From the IMG/VR virus record IMGVR_UViG_2713896903_000004: 17,818 nucleotides of DNA. One strand, given 5' to 3'. Positions 14,354-17,818 of this stretch are shown here, piece by piece; within the stretch, counting starts at the first letter, position 1, and every line of letters begins with the position of its first letter. The notes beneath the pieces were generated by a model. The model did not search any database, was not told the origin of the DNA, and saw only the letters and a list, made by a program, of their open reading frames with translations. The position numbers were made by a program, and so were the translations under genes. Source of the DNA: a virus. Taxonomy: Duplodnaviria; Heunggongvirae; Uroviricota; Caudoviricetes.

Positions 14354-15667
14354 ATGGATAAAGTCAAATATCCAACAGGCGTCGAAAACCACGGCGGCAC
14401 ATTACGCATCTGGTTTAATTTTAAAGGTAAACGTGTCAGGGAAAATCTTGGTGTCCCTGACACTGCCAAGAACAGGAAGATCGCCGGGGAACTACGGACA
14501 TCGGTATGTTTTGCCATCCGCACAGGAAGCTTTGATTATGCTGCACAGTTCCCTGACTCCCCTAACCTTCAGGCTTTTGGGGTAAGTAAAAAAGAAATTA
14601 CGGTGAAAGAACTTGAAGAAAAATGGCTGGATCTGAAACGAATGGAAATCTCTGCAAATGCATTCAATCGCTATGAATCCGTTGCAAGAACGATGGTTCC
14701 GAAAATTGGAGGCAGCAGACTGGTGTCATCGGTAACTAAAGAGGAATTGCTGTATATCAGGAAAGATTTGCTGACCGGGTATCAGAATTCAACGAAAAAC
14801 AAAGCAGCAGCAAAAGGACGGAGCGTCGTTACTGTAAATTATTACATGACGACAATCGCTGGAATGTTTCAGTTTGCTGCAGATCACGGTTACTTAGAAG
14901 CAAATCCCTTCCAGGGAATTAAGCCTCTTAAAAGAGCCAGGGCAGAGCCAGATCCGCTAACTCGTGACGAATTTATTCGCCTGATAGATGCTTGCCGACA
15001 TCAGCAGACGAAAAACCTGTGGTCATTGGCTGTGTACACAGGAATGCGTCACGGTGAACTGGTCTCCCTGGCCTGGGAAGATATCGATCTGAAAGCAGGA
15101 ACTATTACTATCAGGCGCAATTATACGAAACTCGGTGAGTTCACTCTACCTAAAACTGAAGCAAGTACAAACAGGGTTGTGCATCTTATCCAGCCCGCTA
15201 TCAGTGTCCTGAAAAATCAGGCTGAAATGACAAGACTGGGTAAGCAGCACCACATCAAGGTTCAACTACGTGAATATGGGCGTTCAGTGAATCATGAATG
15301 TACTTTCGTATTTAACCCCCAGGTGGTTAGAAAAAGCAAACAGGTCGGTTTTATCTACAAGGTAGATTCTATTGGCGACTCATGGGAAACAGCCATTAAG
15401 CGTGCGGGCATCAGGCACCGGAAAGCATACCAGTCACGACACACTTATGCGTGCTGGTCGTTATCTGCCGGAGCAAATCCAAGCTTCATTGCCAGCCAGA
15501 TGGGCCATGCAAGTGCCCAGATGGTGTTCAATGTATACGGAGCATGGATGACTGACAGTAATGCAGAACAGATCGCAATGCTGAATCAGAAGCTGGCAGA
15601 TTATGTCCCAATGATGCCCCATAGTCACCAAAATGGCACAAAAGGCTTATTAAAATCAGTAAGTTAA
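14354..15667 (+). CDS. int: Tyrosine integrase (lambda/Rac-type with N-terminal arm-binding domain)
   Basis: 437-aa ORF with SD GGAGG 5 nt upstream. Catalytic-domain motifs TGMRHGEL, SRHTYACW and the tyrosine region NVYGAWM. Adjacent to the host junction. Confidence 0.9.
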   Translation: MDKVKYPTGVENHGGTLRIWFNFKGKRVRENLGVPDTAKNRKIAGELRTSVCFAIRTGSFDYAAQFPDSPNLQAFGVSKKEITVKELEEKWLDLKRMEISANAFNRYESVARTMVPKIGGSRLVSSVTKEELLYIRKDLLTGYQNSTKNKAAAKGRSVVTVNYYMTTIAGMFQFAADHGYLEANPFQGIKPLKRARAEPDPLTRDEFIRLIDACRHQQTKNLWSLAVYTGMRHGELVSLAWEDIDLKAGTITIRRNYTKLGEFTLPKTEASTNRVVHLIQPAISVLKNQAEMTRLGKQHHIKVQLREYGRSVNHECTFVFNPQVVRKSKQVGFIYKVDSIGDSWETAIKRAGIRHRKAYQSRHTYACWSLSAGANPSFIASQMGHASAQMVFNVYGAWMTDSNAEQIAMLNQKLADYVPMMPHSHQNGTKGLLKSVS

Positions 15668-15675
15668 TCCTTAAT

Positions 15676-16095
15676 ACCCGTCATGTTAACTGCGTAGAGG
15701 GCAACACTACTCTGTATGCACTGCCGAAAGCGGAAGTTGTGCTGCGCTGGCGTGAGCAAACCAGCGACGATTTCCGTTTTTGTTTTAAGTTCCCGGCAAC
15801 TATTTCGCATCAGGCTGCATTACGTCATTGCGACGATTTAGTGACAGAGTTTTTCACCCGTATGTCGCCGCTGGCACCACGCATTGGGCAATTCTGGCTG
15901 CAATTACCCGCTACCTTCGGTCCACGGGATCTGCCTGCGCTTTGGCATTTTCTCGATACTCTACCTGGCGAGTTTACCTACGGTGTGGAAGTTCGCCATC
16001 CGCTATTTTTTGCCAAAGGGGAAGAAGAACAAACGCTTAATCGCGGCTTGCATCAACGTGGCGTTAATAGGGTAATACTAATCAGACACGTTTAA
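15676..16095 (+). pseudogene. yecE: Start-less internal fragment of a host DUF72-family gene (yecE-like), bounded by two integrated elements
   Basis: The reading frame is open from directly after the int stop, with no ATG or RBS. The product (…NCVEGNTTLYALPKAEVVLRWREQTSDDFRFCFKFPATISH…) resembles my recollection of E. coli YecE. A stop follows shortly after the sequence changes character near 16075. Confidence 0.5.
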
Positions 16096-16150
16096 ATACA
16101 CCATCCAAAGCGATACAATCACACTATTAGTTTTTTATGGTGTATAAACT

Positions 16151-17674
16151 ATGAAACGTGCAATCAGTTACATCCGATTCAGTTCTGAGAAGCAATCCCG
16201 AGGTGATTCACTACGCCGACAATCGAAGTTGGTCACTGACTGGCTTAAAGCTCGTCCTGAGTATCATCTAGATGAATCTCTTACCTTCCGTGATTTGGGG
16301 AAAAGTGCTTTTAGCGGTAAGCACTTGAAAGGTGGCTTAGGCGACTTCTTAACCGCTATTGAGAAAGGGCTTGTAAGAGCTGGTGATACGCTCTTGATAG
16401 AGTCTCTTGACCGTCTGTCACGGCAAGATGTAGACCGAGCAAGTGAACTACTCAGAAACATCCTTCGCTCTGGTGTCGATGTGGTCACATTATCCGATAA
16501 TGAACACTACACAAAGGAATCTCTTAAAGACCCGTTAGCCTTGATTAAGTCAATCCTGATTATGCAACGAGCGCATGAGGAAAGTTTGAGGAAGTCTGAG
16601 CGTATACAGGCTGCATGGGATGCAAAGAAAGAAGCCGCTAAAGCTGGTATCAAGATTTCTAAGCGTTGCCCTGCATGGCTTAAGCTTAATAATGACCGTA
16701 AAAGTTTCTCTGTAATCCCTGAGAAGGTAGCGACGGTAAAGCGATGCTTCCAGCTACGGTTAGAGGGTAAGTCTATCTTGGAAATTGTCAGAACTCTTAA
16801 TAGTGAGGGACATCAGACGCTTAACCAGTACAAAGCGGGTAAATTTAGTCAGACTTCTGTGCAAGACCTTTTGAAGAATCGCTCTGTAATTGGTTATTTC
16901 ACCCCCAAAGGCTGTGAAGAAATTTCAAACTATTACCCCTCTATCATCCCTGAGACTGATTTCTACAAAGTCCAGCAACTATCATATCCTCGTTACGGTA
17001 GAAAACCTGCTTCAGATAAACCATTGAGTGTGAATCTTTTCAAGGGTGTTATCCGTTGTTCTGAATGTGGTCATGCTCTGATTATCACAGGCTTTAGCGA
17101 TACAAGGAACGGGATATATCGCTGCCCTCTTCGTAATGAAAACCGTTGCAGTGCTAAGGGTCTGTCACGTAAGCAAACTGATGGAACATTACTTGCTTTG
17201 CTCTCTCGTCTTGACCGATTTGAGAATGGTACAACGAATGCCATTGATACACTGAAGCTACACCGTGAACACATTTCAAACAATATTGAGAAGCTGGTAC
17301 AACTCTCACTTGAAGTCGAAGACCTGACCGCTATTACCAGCAAGTTAAAACAGTTAAAGGGGGAGTTATCACAGGTTGATGCTGATATTGAGAAGGAGGC
17401 ACAACGCCTTAAATCTATTGACGTGGGTTGTTTGTCTGATTGTGACTTGAGTACAAAGGCGGGAAGGATTGAAGCACAACTGATTATTCGTAGTGCTGTT
17501 AAAGAAGTTGTTTTAAACACTGCTAAACGTCGCTGTAGAGTAACTTTTCACAATGGCAAGGTGATTGACCTGTCGATAACAGAAAACCCCGCTCAGGACA
17601 TTACAGAGGCTGAAAAGTCGCTTACTGAAATTGCTGAGAAGGGTCTGTTAGATGTTGACGCCTTCCAACTGTAG
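16151..17674 (+). CDS. Large serine recombinase (resolvase-type catalytic domain, recombinase domain, zinc ribbon, coiled coil)
   Basis: 507-aa ORF. N-terminal ISYIRFSSEKQ...SLRRQ with the catalytic Ser in RFSS. Cys cluster CSECGH...CPLRNENRC. C-terminal coiled-coil region. Confidence 0.85.
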   Translation: MKRAISYIRFSSEKQSRGDSLRRQSKLVTDWLKARPEYHLDESLTFRDLGKSAFSGKHLKGGLGDFLTAIEKGLVRAGDTLLIESLDRLSRQDVDRASELLRNILRSGVDVVTLSDNEHYTKESLKDPLALIKSILIMQRAHEESLRKSERIQAAWDAKKEAAKAGIKISKRCPAWLKLNNDRKSFSVIPEKVATVKRCFQLRLEGKSILEIVRTLNSEGHQTLNQYKAGKFSQTSVQDLLKNRSVIGYFTPKGCEEISNYYPSIIPETDFYKVQQLSYPRYGRKPASDKPLSVNLFKGVIRCSECGHALIITGFSDTRNGIYRCPLRNENRCSAKGLSRKQTDGTLLALLSRLDRFENGTTNAIDTLKLHREHISNNIEKLVQLSLEVEDLTAITSKLKQLKGELSQVDADIEKEAQRLKSIDVGCLSDCDLSTKAGRIEAQLIIRSAVKEVVLNTAKRRCRVTFHNGKVIDLSITENPAQDITEAEKSLTEIAEKGLLDVDAFQL

Positions 17675-17681
17675 ATAAGTC

Positions 17682-17710
17682 AGGGGCTTCATGGCCCCTT
17701 CCTTCTTTAG
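17682..17710 (+). terminator. Putative intrinsic terminator after the serine recombinase gene
   Basis: Stem aggggc / gcccct with loop ttcatg, followed by T-rich tccttcttt. The U tract is interrupted. Confidence 0.35.
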
Positions 17711-17818
17711 TAAGTACCACGCTTATTAGGGTTGACAGAGTATTTCCGCAGAGCATTACCTGCCTTGAGTACCTTTTCAGCACCTGAATTAGCTGAGTCT
17801 GAGAAGGTGCTTTGACCA

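Larger units (their letters stand above)
1..17818. mobile_element. Lambdoid prophage, partial (lysis, Q, replication, immunity, early-left, xis-int), inverted orientation; right junction near 15668-15690
   Basis: Canonical lambdoid gene order read on the minus strand (cro, O-like, DnaC-like, DnaB-like, Q, S, R) with divergent cI and a + strand early-left arm ending in xis-int. The left boundary lies outside the window. Confidence 0.85.
16075..17818. mobile_element. Start of a second integrated element bearing a large serine recombinase (boundary approximate)
   Basis: A recombinase gene begins ~75 bp after the yecE-like frame breaks off. Large serine integrases typically lie adjacent to their att site. 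Confidence 0.4.

Noticed and set aside
12424-14523. Minus-strand ORFs (83-132 aa) across the SPFH, hypothetical and xis genes
   Set aside because: Antisense to a co-oriented + strand operon with good RBSs and coupling; no independent support.
15668-15740. tRNA or tmRNA gene as the integration target next to int
   Set aside because: No cloverleaf-compatible sequence is visible. The sequence after int is a continuous protein-coding frame resembling yecE instead.
16264-17520. Minus-strand ORFs (74 and 149 aa) inside the serine recombinase gene
   Set aside because: Shadow frames within a long ORF that has clear catalytic motifs.

Overview
This window reads as the late-control, replication and immunity end of a lambdoid prophage in inverted orientation, plus its chromosomal junction. 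Left to right: a lambda-R-type endolysin and a holin (minus strand, endolysin stop cut by the window edge), a tR'-like terminator, then a ~2.4-kb strongly AT-rich two-gene cassette on the opposite strand (1097-3489) abutting the 3' end of the late antiterminator Q. Next come Q, a DnaB-like helicase, a DnaC-like loader, an O-like initiator with embedded iterons, a Rha-family regulator, a Cro-like regulator and a divergent CI-like S24 repressor with operator palindromes. The early-left arm carries small unknown genes, an SPFH lipoprotein module, xis and a tyrosine integrase. Directly after int is a start-less fragment of a host DUF72 (yecE-like) gene, followed by a large serine recombinase that appears to begin a second integrated element. 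The strongest candidate for an undescribed system is the AT-rich pair (zinc-ribbon protein plus a protein with C-terminal hydrophobic segments) in the Q-S moron position. No search tools were available: family names rest on remembered sequences, and functions beyond what the sequence shows are inferences.
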